A stretch of 53,695 bases of DNA, the filler included, from Sphacelaria rigidula (Eukaryota), in assembly GCA_964200075.2 (NCBI GenBank). It is 5 parts of 5 records of this genome, joined end to end, with 100 filler letters (N's around TTAATTAATTAA, not from the genome) between each part and the next. Parts side by side here need not be neighbours in the genome. Positions count along the whole stretch, not along the records: positions 21,520 to 32,178 come from CAXNAA020006127.1; positions 32,279 to 42,937 come from CAXNAA020006128.1; 3 more parts are not named here. The stretch is one strand, 5' to 3'. This document shows positions 26,993-37,885 of the stretch, one piece after another. Numbering within the stretch: position 1 is the stretch's first letter; every line of letters starts with the position of its first letter. Under the pieces are notes generated by a model. It did not search any database. It was given only the letters and a program-made list of their open reading frames with translations, and was not told the origin of the DNA. The position numbers were made by a program, and so were the translations under genes.

Positions 26993-27524
26993 TACTTCCT
27001 CTGTCCCATAAGTAAAGGTACCTAAAATTGTACGGGCTCTCAACGATGTCCGATCGTCTTTTTTATTTTAATGGACTTTACGGTGTTTTTTTAGTCAAGA
27101 AAATGTGTTTAAAATTTGCAGTTCGTGCTTGAACATGCCGCCGAATGGCTGCAAAAAAAGTAGTCGACCCCAAAATGGCCGTTTTTTGCCCCTTTCCGAG
27201 GGGTAAAAATGTGTCATTTTTATTTTTTTAAATCGCGTGGGACTTCCTGGCAGCAGGACTCAGTAGAGGCGGGGCGAATAAAAAAAAAATGAAAAAAATC
27301 GACACTTTTTTCCCCCTCGGAAAGGGGCAAAACACGGCCATCTTTGGATCGACTACTTTTTTTGCAGCCGTTCGGCGGCATGGTTCAAGCACGAGCTGAA
27401 AATTTTAAACACATTTTCTTAACCCAAAAAACACCGTAGAGTTCATTAGAAAAAAAAGTACGATCGGATATCGTTAAGGGCCCGTACAAATTTAGGTACT
27501 TTTACTTATAGGACAGAGGAAGTA
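26993..27524. mobile_element. Stowaway/Tc1-mariner-like foldback MITE, copy B
   Basis: TA|CTTCCTCTGTCCCATAAGTAAA ... TTTACTTATAGGACAGAGGAAG|TA; arms complementary over ~235 bp around a ~45-bp loop. Confidence 0.9.
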
Positions 27525-29078
27525 TAACAAGCTCGTTCGAACAACCGTTGCTGCGTTCAACGACGATTTGACTTGGAATTTCAAGCAAGGAGTGGCCCGA
27601 ACCCACCCCTTCCCTACCCTCTCTATCGCAAGATGACTCGTTGAAGATAAAATCGTCGTTTCTAAACATTCAGCACCTAACTCCTCAACTTTGGCACCGC
27701 CGGATGCGAAAACAATCGAGAATTACTATCGGTAGGTCCAGCTCGTAATCAACAAATGTCTTCTGCAATACCTTCCCAGTCGTCGCATATGTGAGGCATC
27801 CTATGATATGGCGCGAGCGCGCGGGGGGGGTACTGTGGGCCATCTATACCACGCAGTTCCACTTCGGATCGTCGTCGGACACAGCAACGTTTGATCGAAC
27901 TCGCATGTTACCATTAAGTAATACTCATTCATGCTGCTTAACACCGTTTTCAGCCGATACAAGCGCACCGCGAATGTGTAGATCGTCTGACGCACATACG
28001 AGCCCCTATTCACGTGGAATCAAAGACCCCCACCTATCGTAGGATTACTCTGGTATCATACTGACCGCCATGGACAACTGAAGAGGGTACTATAGCCGGG
28101 TTTACTTACTGCGGTCATACGTGTGGTGCTGACGGCGAAAATGCTTATCGACCAATCGGCGACCTCAAAGTTGTTCAAAAATTGAAAACACGAATTTCCA
28201 ACAAAAGCTTACTCAATCCCCACATGCTTCAAATCGTTGTTATCGCCGTCAGCTCGGGAATCTGACGGGAAAAAACAGATTTGGGGAAAAATTATACTCA
28301 GAGCCGTGGTATTCCGGTATGTGGAGTTTTGGCGTCATCGATTTCACTCATGACATGTACCAACCCAGTAACCCTCAAGACGGTTTCCTTAATATATATA
28401 TATATATATATCGTAGAAAAGCTCAGGTCGCCCTCAAACTCGGCGGTTTGGTAAGTATCGATGCTCCAGATGAGAAAATGAATCGTTGAAACTATTGCAA
28501 GTTTATTCGCTCTTTTCCGGCTCCGCGGGGTCTCCACTGCTGGCCCCCCGGAAGCCGGTACAAGATGTCTCCAAGCAAACGCAAAAAGAAATGTTCTCGC
28601 CCCGGGGTAGTCCAAGGAATGTTTGTACAAAGTTCCGTTGCGTAACTCGAAAACCTCATGCACTATAGTCGCTATGACGCTAATCCTACCGAAAAGTCTA
28701 TACTCGCTGAAAAATTATACACATATAAATCGGGACATAACAAAACCTTCGACGAACGGTGTTTTCCGATTTTTCATTTCGCAGGGTATCGGGCGTACCA
28801 GAAGGGCATGCGGTGGGCTGATGACTCCCCAGGACCCTTGGACCCCCGAAAACCGGCGAAAACAAAATGGATGAACACCGTTCTTCCAAAATTTCATTAT
28901 GTCCAACGAACATTGTATCCTCTAAAATGACATTTAATGTCGCGATGACGTTGAGTGCGTTTGAATTTCGCAACTTCCGCCAAAATAGTTTGGGTTGGGA
29001 GAGCACTTTCGGTTAGTGTTCTTGTGTTGTAAGTTCACCCTTTTGGGACCCTCCCCTCTTGTCCCCGGTCCAAACGCC

Positions 29079-29336
29079 TGTAGCCAAATGATACCAAGCC
29101 GTAGGTTTCAGTATAATCGCATGCATGATTGGAGCAGTGGCAGGGGACAAGGGGGTCTGGATTGATGGCACTTATCTGTGTGGCCCCTTGCTGTCTTGCT
29201 CGTGATGTGGTCTGTTAAGGATCACTCCGTGGCAATAACATGTGACAAGAAAGGATTTGTCAAGCACGAGGCCAGTGATACAGGAGGAGTCCCTCGTTGA
29301 AAGTCCTCTTGTCTAGATCGTCTGGCAGAGGCTACA
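29079..29336 (+). mobile_element. Putative 5' LTR (258 bp) of the Ty3/Gypsy element
   Basis: Inverted termini TGTAGCC...GGCTACA, ~200 bp upstream of the gag-like ATG at 29532; the 3' LTR is not in the contig. Confidence 0.6.
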
Positions 29337-29531
29337 ATATCTAGATATTATTCTTCCGGCACTCTGTTAGAGGAGTTTGGCTAAGGAGAAAGTGGGCTGC
29401 AGCTGGAAGCCAGCTTAGCCCGTGGACAAAGAGATCAACTTGAAGCGCACAGCGGTGGGGGACGCTCCGTGGGTTGGAGGACGCACAAGTCACGTAAGAG
29501 CCCCTCAGTGAAGTGTTAAATTCTAGTCAAC

Positions 29532-32178
29532 ATGGCTCAAACGGCGGCAGCGCCGCTGGTGTTAAGTGAGCCACTAAAGCCGCCCAAGTATGGCGAAGTG
29601 TGGACTGAAGAAGCGTCAAGAATGCTCAATACCGAATATCTTGACTACATAGAGAGGCTATATTTAGCCAATGCAACAGGAGTCACATGGCGAGAGAGTG
29701 AGCGTCTAACGTCTCATCCCTACCTATATTCACCGGTGCTTCGAAGATATTTACAGGGACCGTCGGGCTATGACTCCCGACGAATTGCTTGATGCTTTGA
29801 AGCATCATGTCGGGTGCACCACAACCGGCGGCAAGCATGGCACTGCGCGGGTTGCAGCAGACCTACGTAGAGTTCTTACAACGCTACGAAACCGTGGAAA
29901 ATCCGTGAAGGATCGTGCAATGATGGTCAGTTCATAACATAGATGGAAACGTTTTTCGCAGAAAACCTCACGGTGCAAGCCATGTACCTTGCGGAGGACA
30001 GGAGTTGGTTGCCAGGCCAGGCCGCGTCGGTTTCCACAGCTTTGGTAGACGAGATTTCGCCTCCGGAATTCAAGGCGTATGTTAGAAGCATGCTAATGTA
30101 TGTAGGCGGATGGGAAAAGGATCCGACGGTGGTTTTCTACAAAATATTTGATGCCGCCGGTCAGTGGAAGTTCATTGAAGCACATAGCACGCGCGATTCT
30201 GCAACAAGTGCAGGTGGTGCGCGCCGCAAACAGCAACAGCAACAGCAACAGAAACAGCAGCCGTCTTCGCGAGCGTAGCCCACTCGCGCGTGTTAGAACT
30301 GCGGCGACACCGGACATCTGATTAAGGACTGCCCCAAGCCTCGCGCTCAAGGCGCTGCACAGGGCAATGTGTGAGATTCATCAGGATCTCGGGGCGGTTG
30401 TCACGGTGGACGGGGCCGTGCCAATCAGGGACGCGGGTGCGGCGGCCGCGATAGCAAGCAATCGGCGGCGGATGGTGGTTTCTCCGCTGCTGTTTCCTTC
30501 ACCACGTCATCAGGTGGTGACTCTAGATCTTATGGCTCGTCCCTAGCGGGGCGGACAGTGTACGTGGGAAACGCAAATACTTCGGTGGGGAGTGCTGGAG
30601 CGAATAGTTCGCAACTCCTCGCCCAGGCAGGATCCGTGTTTGGTACATCTCCTACTGCTGCGACGGCTGTAACAGCGCCGTCTGCATATTCGGGGACTTG
30701 GTCTGGTTGGACCGACGATTCGCAGCTATCGATGCCAAGTGCTGGAGGGCAGCCCTGGCGTCAGGTGACTCTTGGTATCGACCAGGGTTCTTCGGCAGGC
30801 GTGGTACCTGTCGATTGCAAGGCTGTATACTTACGCGCAGATCTTCCCTTGCCTGGTTCCGTAGGTTCGTTCATGGCCCGCGTTATTCCGGATGCTGGGT
30901 CCGCGCTCACGTCGATCGGTGTAGGGTTGTTAGAACAGATTTCTTCGCAGTTTGACTGCGCTCAGCTTCAGATTCCATTCGAGAACGGACCGCAAACGGC
31001 ACAGACCGCCACGGGTGCTCCCGTGATGGTTACACGTAAAACGGTGCCGATTACACTTAGCGTGCGTACGCCGTAGGGGGCTGTGGAGTTGCAGCCCATT
31101 ACTTTTGCTCTTATGCCCAGTTGGGACAATGTGGTTTTATTTGGGATGGCGACGATGAAGGAGCTCGGGATTGATTTGTACCCGATGCCGTTGGATAAGT
31201 TACGCCCGCGTGCTGTTCCGGTGCAAACCGGCGTGGAAAATCCCAGCTGTCTTGCTGCAAGGCATGTGACCGTATCCACGCGGTGATTCCAGAGCGACAA
31301 TGAGGAGGAGGCTTCTACGGATGAAGCGGTGGAGCGCTTGGTCGATCGGGGCCCCGACATGTTTATGGATCCAGCGGGGGAGAGAGGTGAAAGAGAACGC
31401 GCACTTGAGAATAGCGTGCAGCAGGCCGAGCAAAAGGGCCTGAGCGCCGATGGCGCACGTTGTCTGCGTGATATGTTTGCTCGTCGCGTGGATACATTTC
31501 GTCGTGCCCTGCGTGGTGATCCGCCAGCGCGCGTGGAGCCAATTAGGGAGGCTGTGGAGGTCAAGCCTCGCCGCTACGATCCGGTGAAGACCGTGGGGCT
31601 TGCTTCATGTATCGCAGCTTCGGTGGCGTTTGGTTCGTTTGTGAGGAATATCCAGGCTGGGTGGGCGAGTCCGGCGATGGCGGTGCCGAAGATAGACGCA
31701 TTCCGTTTGGTGAGCAACTATCAGGCGATGAACGCGCAAGTGGAACAGTCTCCGGGGGTGATGCCAAGCCAAGAAGACATGCGGAAGTTGCTGGGAGCCC
31801 AATGCTTCGACGACTTGGACCTGCTACAGGGGTATTTTCAGATGCCGCTGGCGCCGGAGGCTCAGGAGATCTTCACGATCGTCACACCTGACGCTTTGTT
31901 TACGCCAGGTGGAGGTCGCTTGGTGAAGGTTCCTCCTGTGTCTGTTCGTTCTATTGCCGTGTACAGCCCGTGTGATGCCGATGATTCGCTGCCCTCGTTA
32001 GATGCCGTTCGTACCGCGCAGCGCAAAACAGTCGACGACGGTGTCGGTTCTTTTCCTACGGCTTGCGGTCAAGTTGCCTTGGCTGACGATGGATTGTTTC
32101 GCGTGCGTGTTGGCAATAGTGATGTTTTGTGGATTCCGTCGGATGACAAGGCTCTACAAACTCGCTTGATGGTGTGCG
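29532..32178 (+). mobile_element. Decayed Ty3/Gypsy gag-pol pseudogene
   Basis: Gag-like ORFs; CCHC knuckle C*NCGDTGHLIKDC at 30291-30332; protease-like VIPDAGSALT; RT motifs WASPAMAVPK, FRLVSNY, LDLLQGYFQMPL; integrase N-terminal LWIPSDDKALQTRLMVC; multiple stops. Confidence 0.9.
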
Positions 32179-32278
32179 NNNNNNNNNNNNNNNNNNNNNN
32201 NNNNNNNNNNNNNNNNNNNNNNTTAATTAATTAANNNNNNNNNNNNNNNNNNNNNNNNNNNNNNNNNNNNNNNNNNNN
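32179..32278. other. Artificial contig linker
   Basis: 100 bp: Ns with TTAATTAATTAA. Confidence 0.98.
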
Positions 32279-33607
32279 TTTCAAGTCAAAATGATGCCGA
32301 TTCACAAAGATTCACAAAACAAGAATCAGCACTTGACTTCCCAAAGGGTTGAGTAATTGAGATAGAGGTATGCATGCAGGCGAGCTCTGCGAGACTTGTT
32401 TTTTTTCCCTCATACTGGACCAAGGAAAAAGTACAATGATTACATAACCGTGATCCCTTCGTGAAACGCGCAACACAAGCACCCTATTTTTCGGCACCCT
32501 GCAGGCTCCCTCGTTTCGCCAATATTTTTTCTTCTTGAGAGGAATGCAACGTATGGGTGCACAGATATTTTCTGAGGTTAAAATTGTTGGGAATCCTTCG
32601 TGTTATCCAAAGCACGCGACTTATGAAATATGTGGGCGAGGGATATCCTGAATAAATTTGCAAACGGGGATGCCCTGACCCATTTTATTGTTCATCTAGA
32701 ATCGTTAGGAGCCCCTGAACCAGACAACATTTTGCGCAAAAAGTGCACCCCTACCGTAGCATTATTATTTAGTTCTTCATACTTCCAACCCCTCCCATCC
32801 TTTGTCGGCACGAGTCCGTGAGCTCAATCAAGGGACTCCACCCCATCGCTCCCTCGGTACCTGCCTGAGGTTTTGGTGTCGAGATTTGGGCTAGCGTTCC
32901 CGCACCGCACCTACTCTCGTGGAGTTTTCGTGCCATCTCGGAGTGTTTGCTCCCAATCGTGGCATCACGCTCTCAATGACGGGAAACGGGTTCTGCTGCT
33001 CTGAAGGGCCGTAGCTGGCGGCATCCGACCCGGGACCCGCTGCCCTAACTGGCTTGTAGTGTACCAATAGGATCCCGGGAACAACCGGTAGCTAAACCGT
33101 GACAACGAGCGGGGTACACTCCGACTGGTCTTCCAGGGAGGGTCTGTGAGCTGGGACACGTTTTTGGAGAATGGCTGATATGGTGCCTATACGGCGTTGT
33201 CCTGCTTGGAACACTTTCAGGGTCGCAAAGGCTATTGGAACACCAATATAGGAACACTCGAAGTACTACATGTCGCATCTCCGCGCTCGCCACTTCAATC
33301 CACGAGCGATTGCATATCTGAACAGTCAAGATGCATAGAAACAAGGCGAGGATATATAATTTCAGAGTGAACATATACAATACATTTTCTTCCTCGGCAT
33401 CAAATGATACGCCCTTGAGGCGATGATTCTATTCGCCAACAGACACGAACCTCGACCGGGCGTAAGTAACACGGATGCACTAAATACAAACGCGGTTCTT
33501 CAATGAACCAATCGCAGGGGATCCTGTACTACGATGCATCTACCGTTTCCTTTGACGCGTTATAACATCTTCCCATCCGTGCATAGTGGATCGCTACACA
33601 TCCATAA

Positions 33608-34888
33608 TCACGGATGGGGGCATCCGTTGCTCTTTGCCCATGCCAGCACTTCGTCATGACCTCCTCTGGCTGCTCCCATGCACGTCTCTTCGTTCCATGG
33701 ACACCCATTCTCGCGCGCCCACTGAAGAACGGCGAGGTTTCCGTGTCTCGCAGCCGACGCGCAAGTTTCCTCGTCCCAGGGACAGCCATTTGCCCTTATC
33801 CATTTCAGCATATCTAGATAGCCTCCTGCAGCCGCTCGGGGGGGTGTTCTTTCGTCCCACGGGCAGCCATTTTGCCTCGCCCATACCAAAACATCAAGAT
33901 GTCCCGCCGAGGCGGCCTCTTCGATCGTCGCCCTATTCCACGGCGCGCCGTTTTCTCTCGCCCACTGCAGCACGGCCAGTTGACCGCCAGAGGCCGCCTT
34001 CGCACAAAGCATCTCGTCCCACTCACAACCGTTCTCGAGCGCGTAGACAAGAACATCCTTGTGTCCGAATTCAGCGGCAAGTGCGAAAGTCTCCCAATCC
34101 CACGAATAGCCGCTTTCGTGCGCCCACTTTACGACATGCAAATGGCCTTCCCGAGCTGCTCTTGCTATTGTATGGCGGCCTCCCCAGGGGCAATCGTTCG
34201 CCACGGCCCACCGAAGAACGTCCAGATGCCCTCCTGCAGCAGCATTGTTGCATGCGCTCTCGTCCCAAGGACAGTCGTGCTCTCTAGCCCACCTCAAAAC
34301 CCTCATGTGACCGTTTCGGGCTGCTACTGTACACGTTGCGCTATTCCAAGGGCACCCGCGCTCGCGCACCCACTTGAGAATGACTAGGTCGTCCGCCCGG
34401 GCGGCATTAAAACACGTTCTCCAGTCCCAGGCACAGCCACTCTCCCTCGCCCATCGAAGGACGCCCATGTGCCTCCCTTCGGCAGCCGCCGCGCACGTAC
34501 TTTCGTCCCATTCGCAGCCATTCTCGCGCGCCCACTGCAATACTGTCAGGTGTCCTCTGCTAGCAGCTGCGCAACACGTTTTCCAGTTCCAGGGGCACTC
34601 GACTTCTTCTCGCGCGAACTGGAGGAGCTCAAGATTACCGGATTGCGCGGCAGCAGCGCAGATGCTGGGGGTACGGGCGAGGCCAGACTCGAAGCTCTCT
34701 CGCAGTTGTGACACCGAAGTGTGCGACGTTACCGCTTTGGTGACGGTGGAACGCTGGTGCTGCGGCTGGTGCCTCCACGCGTCTCTCCAGGCCCTCGATA
34801 CCGTGGCGAAGAAGAGGTACTGTCCGCACTCCACCAACTCCGCCAGGGTGCCTATGACGTCCGCATCGCTCTCGAGAGGGTTATGCAT
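33608..34888 (-). CDS. Intronless ankyrin-repeat protein (GCPWD type), 426 aa
   Basis: ATG-to-stop ORF with ~13-14 copies of TCAAAAxxGHLxVLxWARENGCxWD and an N-terminal F-box-like segment QYLFFATVSRAWRDAW. Confidence 0.92.
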   Translation of the reverse strand: MHNPLESDADVIGTLAELVECGQYLFFATVSRAWRDAWRHQPQHQRSTVTKAVTSHTSVSQLRESFESGLARTPSICAAAAQSGNLELLQFAREEVECPWNWKTCCAAASRGHLTVLQWARENGCEWDESTCAAAAEGRHMGVLRWARESGCAWDWRTCFNAARADDLVILKWVRERGCPWNSATCTVAARNGHMRVLRWAREHDCPWDESACNNAAAGGHLDVLRWAVANDCPWGGRHTIARAAREGHLHVVKWAHESGYSWDWETFALAAEFGHKDVLVYALENGCEWDEMLCAKAASGGQLAVLQWARENGAPWNRATIEEAASAGHLDVLVWARQNGCPWDERTPPRAAAGGYLDMLKWIRANGCPWDEETCASAARHGNLAVLQWARENGCPWNEETCMGAARGGHDEVLAWAKSNGCPHP

Positions 34889-35370
34889 TTACCATATCGT
34901 TGAAACTGTGACTGGCGGCTCGTTTGGAGAACGGTAAACTGATTGAGACGGCGGAGTTGGACGGGGAAGGGAGAGAGAGGTGGGGGGGTTGGATCAGGGG
35001 GGTTCCGCGATTCATCAGCAGTGTGATTTGGGGTATGATGAATAAATGTTTTCAAGCTGGAGACGTCGCACCCGTTGAAGGTACAACGCCATGGTAACGT
35101 ATTTTCATCACGCCCAGGAGATGCGTGAGGACAACTTGCGTGTCCTGCTGCCCCGAACTCTGTACGTATCACCCATCAATGAGAATCAAGTGCTACTCTT
35201 GATTTGCCCAGTCGGTAACTTGGAACAAGTCCAATTTGATGAAAGTCGATACCTATTTCCCGTGTTCAGCGTCGTCTCCTCACTGAAATACAACAATTTC
35301 GATTCACTACCCAGAGTCCGTCCATTCAGCGTCGAACATTTACTACTTTTCCAAGATATGAAAAAAAAAC

Positions 35371-35706
35371 TTTCACGCATCTAACGACTCTTCAGTCATT
35401 ATTCGGGACTCCTACGACTGAACTCGAACAACAGCGATGACTCACAATCGGCTTGTATACCGCTAAATTCGAAAAAAGCGAGGACTTAGAGTCGACGCCT
35501 GCGACTAAATTTGAAAAATGCGACGACTAAGAGTCAATTTTTTCGACTAAGCTCGAACAATGGTGACAGCCCGAATCGATTCCCACGACTAAATTCGGAA
35601 AATGGCCACCACTCGTAGTTGACTCCCACAACGACAATTCGGCAAATGAGGGACGAATTAGATTCGGCTTATACGACTCAGAGTGGTAGTCGTTGGATGT
35701 GTGGAA
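35371..35706. mobile_element. MITE with many CGACT motifs
   Basis: TIRs TTTCACGCATCTAACGACT / AGTCGTTGGATGTGTGGAA; repeated internal CGACT and GACTC. Confidence 0.65.
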
Positions 35707-36604
35707 TGTACGTGAGGGGGGTGCACCCTGAATGCCCGTCAAAATTCGAACAGGCAAGGTGTGCATCCCAGCAGCGTTGTCTGCAAAAGCCCGGAGCCCC
35801 CTGTTGGAATACCCCACAACGGCAACTTAGCAAGCGAGATATTTAGCTTGCAGGGGCACCCCATCAGACAGATTGCAAGTCAATCGCCGCTATGGCACCC
35901 TCTGCGCAAAGGAGCGTGTGCGCATTCGTATGATGTTCCACATTGCCCACACGCAACTGCGGGTGGCAAAGCTCGGGTCTCGTGAGAAGAGGCCGTACCC
36001 TATCGGCATCATGAGGAACTGTATACTTCTCCCGCCGGCCGTGCGACAGGGCGAGGCAGCACACCTCGAGTAGAGGACCTATGGGTGGGTGTCTGAAGCG
36101 TGGACAACTATCGATCGTGCTGGCCCAATCGTTTGAGCGCTGTTTGAGTCTCGCACAGCACTGCACTGCACGGTGCTGTTCTGTTCTGTTCTGCTGCTGT
36201 TGGTAGCAGGCTGCATGTTATACTGTACCGTAGTGTACTGTAGGACTGCTGCACTGCGCTGTACTACTGTTCTGTACAAAGACGGCACCACCTTGCACAA
36301 CAGTCAGCATATGTGTGCAGTGTATGGACTGTTGTACTGTACTACACCGCAATATACGTGTGTTCCCAAACGGAGATGGGGTACCCGCCATTCATTCAGA
36401 GGTATCTCCCGTCACTGAGCAACAGAAATTTGGAGGTGTACAGCCAAAGTGAATAGGAATAATCAGTAAGACTAGAAATGAAAAAATGAGGTAATTCGCA
36501 CGTGCTTTTTTTTCGTGTGTGTGACCTGCAAATTTGGTCAGGGTACCTCTCATCCAAAAAGCTGTGTTGCAAACACTCTGGTACCAAGCCACTGGGGCTC
36601 AAGC

Positions 36605-36776
36605 CATGCGACGAAATCCGGGAAAGGACTCGCGACTCAGACTCGACTCTTGCGGCCAAGTTTTGAAAAATGAAGACGACTCACAGTCGACTCCTACGAC
36701 AAAATACGAACGACGATGACTGTATCAACGACTTCTAGCCGAACGAGTCCCAGTCGTAGTCGTTGAATGTGTGAAA
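36605..36776. mobile_element. Partial second copy of the CGACT MITE
   Basis: Ends TAGTCGTTGAATGTGTGAAA; same CGACT-rich interior; left TIR not found. Confidence 0.55.
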
Positions 36777-37809
36777 CACTTTTGCCAATAAAACGCTGGT
36801 ATGTAGGATTCGTAATCTTGCCGCACAAGCTGTGCTAACTCCCTCCCCCACGAAACTGTGATTTGGACGATGACCCTGCCCCGTGTCGCTACTCTCGTAC
36901 CTACCACCCCCCATCCTCTAGCAGGAGTCCGGTCGGTCCGTATGGCGTCCAACCATTGATCAACCACCGAAATCGAGCAACCGGCCGATTGAGCGAGTGA
37001 GCGATTGATTGCCGCGCACCAAGTTGTTAGCAGGTGTGGTGCACCAACGACCAGAAGTCTGCTCGAGGGTTGTCATTTGCGAACACATTGCTGACGCCGC
37101 GAGAAACTACTAGCAGGCAATTTCACCGTACAAGCAGTCCCGCCGCCTGCACTTGAGCATAACATTCCGCGAACAACAACCTGCTCCCTCACCATCCCAC
37201 ACAGCCAGACTCAACCCCCCACGCAGCAGCGACGTGTGCAGCAGCGACGCGTATGGGCTGGGATTACGCAGTTCACGGCAAGCGCCTCGCGCGTGGTCAC
37301 ACTACCCATCGCTACTGGAGTGCATAGCTTGGGTGGGCAACCACAACATGCTTCTCTCCGTTCCGCCGCTTCTTGGTGCTATGAAGGCAATTGAATAGTA
37401 CGATCGGCGGAGAAAAAAAATGGTCGCATGCGCTCAGACTAAGTGCTAGCTACTGGAATCATCACGAAAACGTACGGCCGCTACATCGTCGTCTACTACG
37501 GCGTTCGCTGCCACCGCCCGCTGACTGGGATAAGGTGGTGTTCTCCACGAAGCCAGTACTGTGTCAGTCCGTCTTTACGTGTTCGGCTACCCAATTCCTC
37601 GGCTGACATCCCTTCCAGCGGATCACCCGGGGCCTACAAACATTTTCCAAACGCGGAAATGAGACCGATTCATCAGACGGCTCACCCTGGCGTTTCAAGG
37701 AGCATGGCCTCCCGGGGGGTGCGAGCTGCGGCCTGTGCTTCGGCGGCTAAGCTCTATACTAAAATCAAGTGGTTGCTAAAAGGTTATCCAATCCGTGACA
37801 AATCCAGCA

Positions 37810-37885
37810 GTCGCGCCGGTGGCTCACTTGGTAACCTCGGATCCTTGCTGACGGTCGAGTCGCGGGTTCGACTCTCCGTGATGTA
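37810..37885 (+). mobile_element. tRNA-derived SINE head or pseudo-tRNA
   Basis: A-box GGTGGCTCACTTGGTAA (37818) and B-box GGGTTCGACTCT (37864) at tRNA-like spacing; no convincing full cloverleaf. Confidence 0.5.

Noticed and set aside
29089..29097. TGGTATCA (tRNA-iMet PBS-like) on the minus strand
   Set aside because: Only 8 nt, wrong orientation relative to gag-pol, and inside the putative LTR.
33586..34937. Plus-strand ORFs of 233, 171 and 187 aa
   Set aside because: Antisense shadows of the ankyrin gene.
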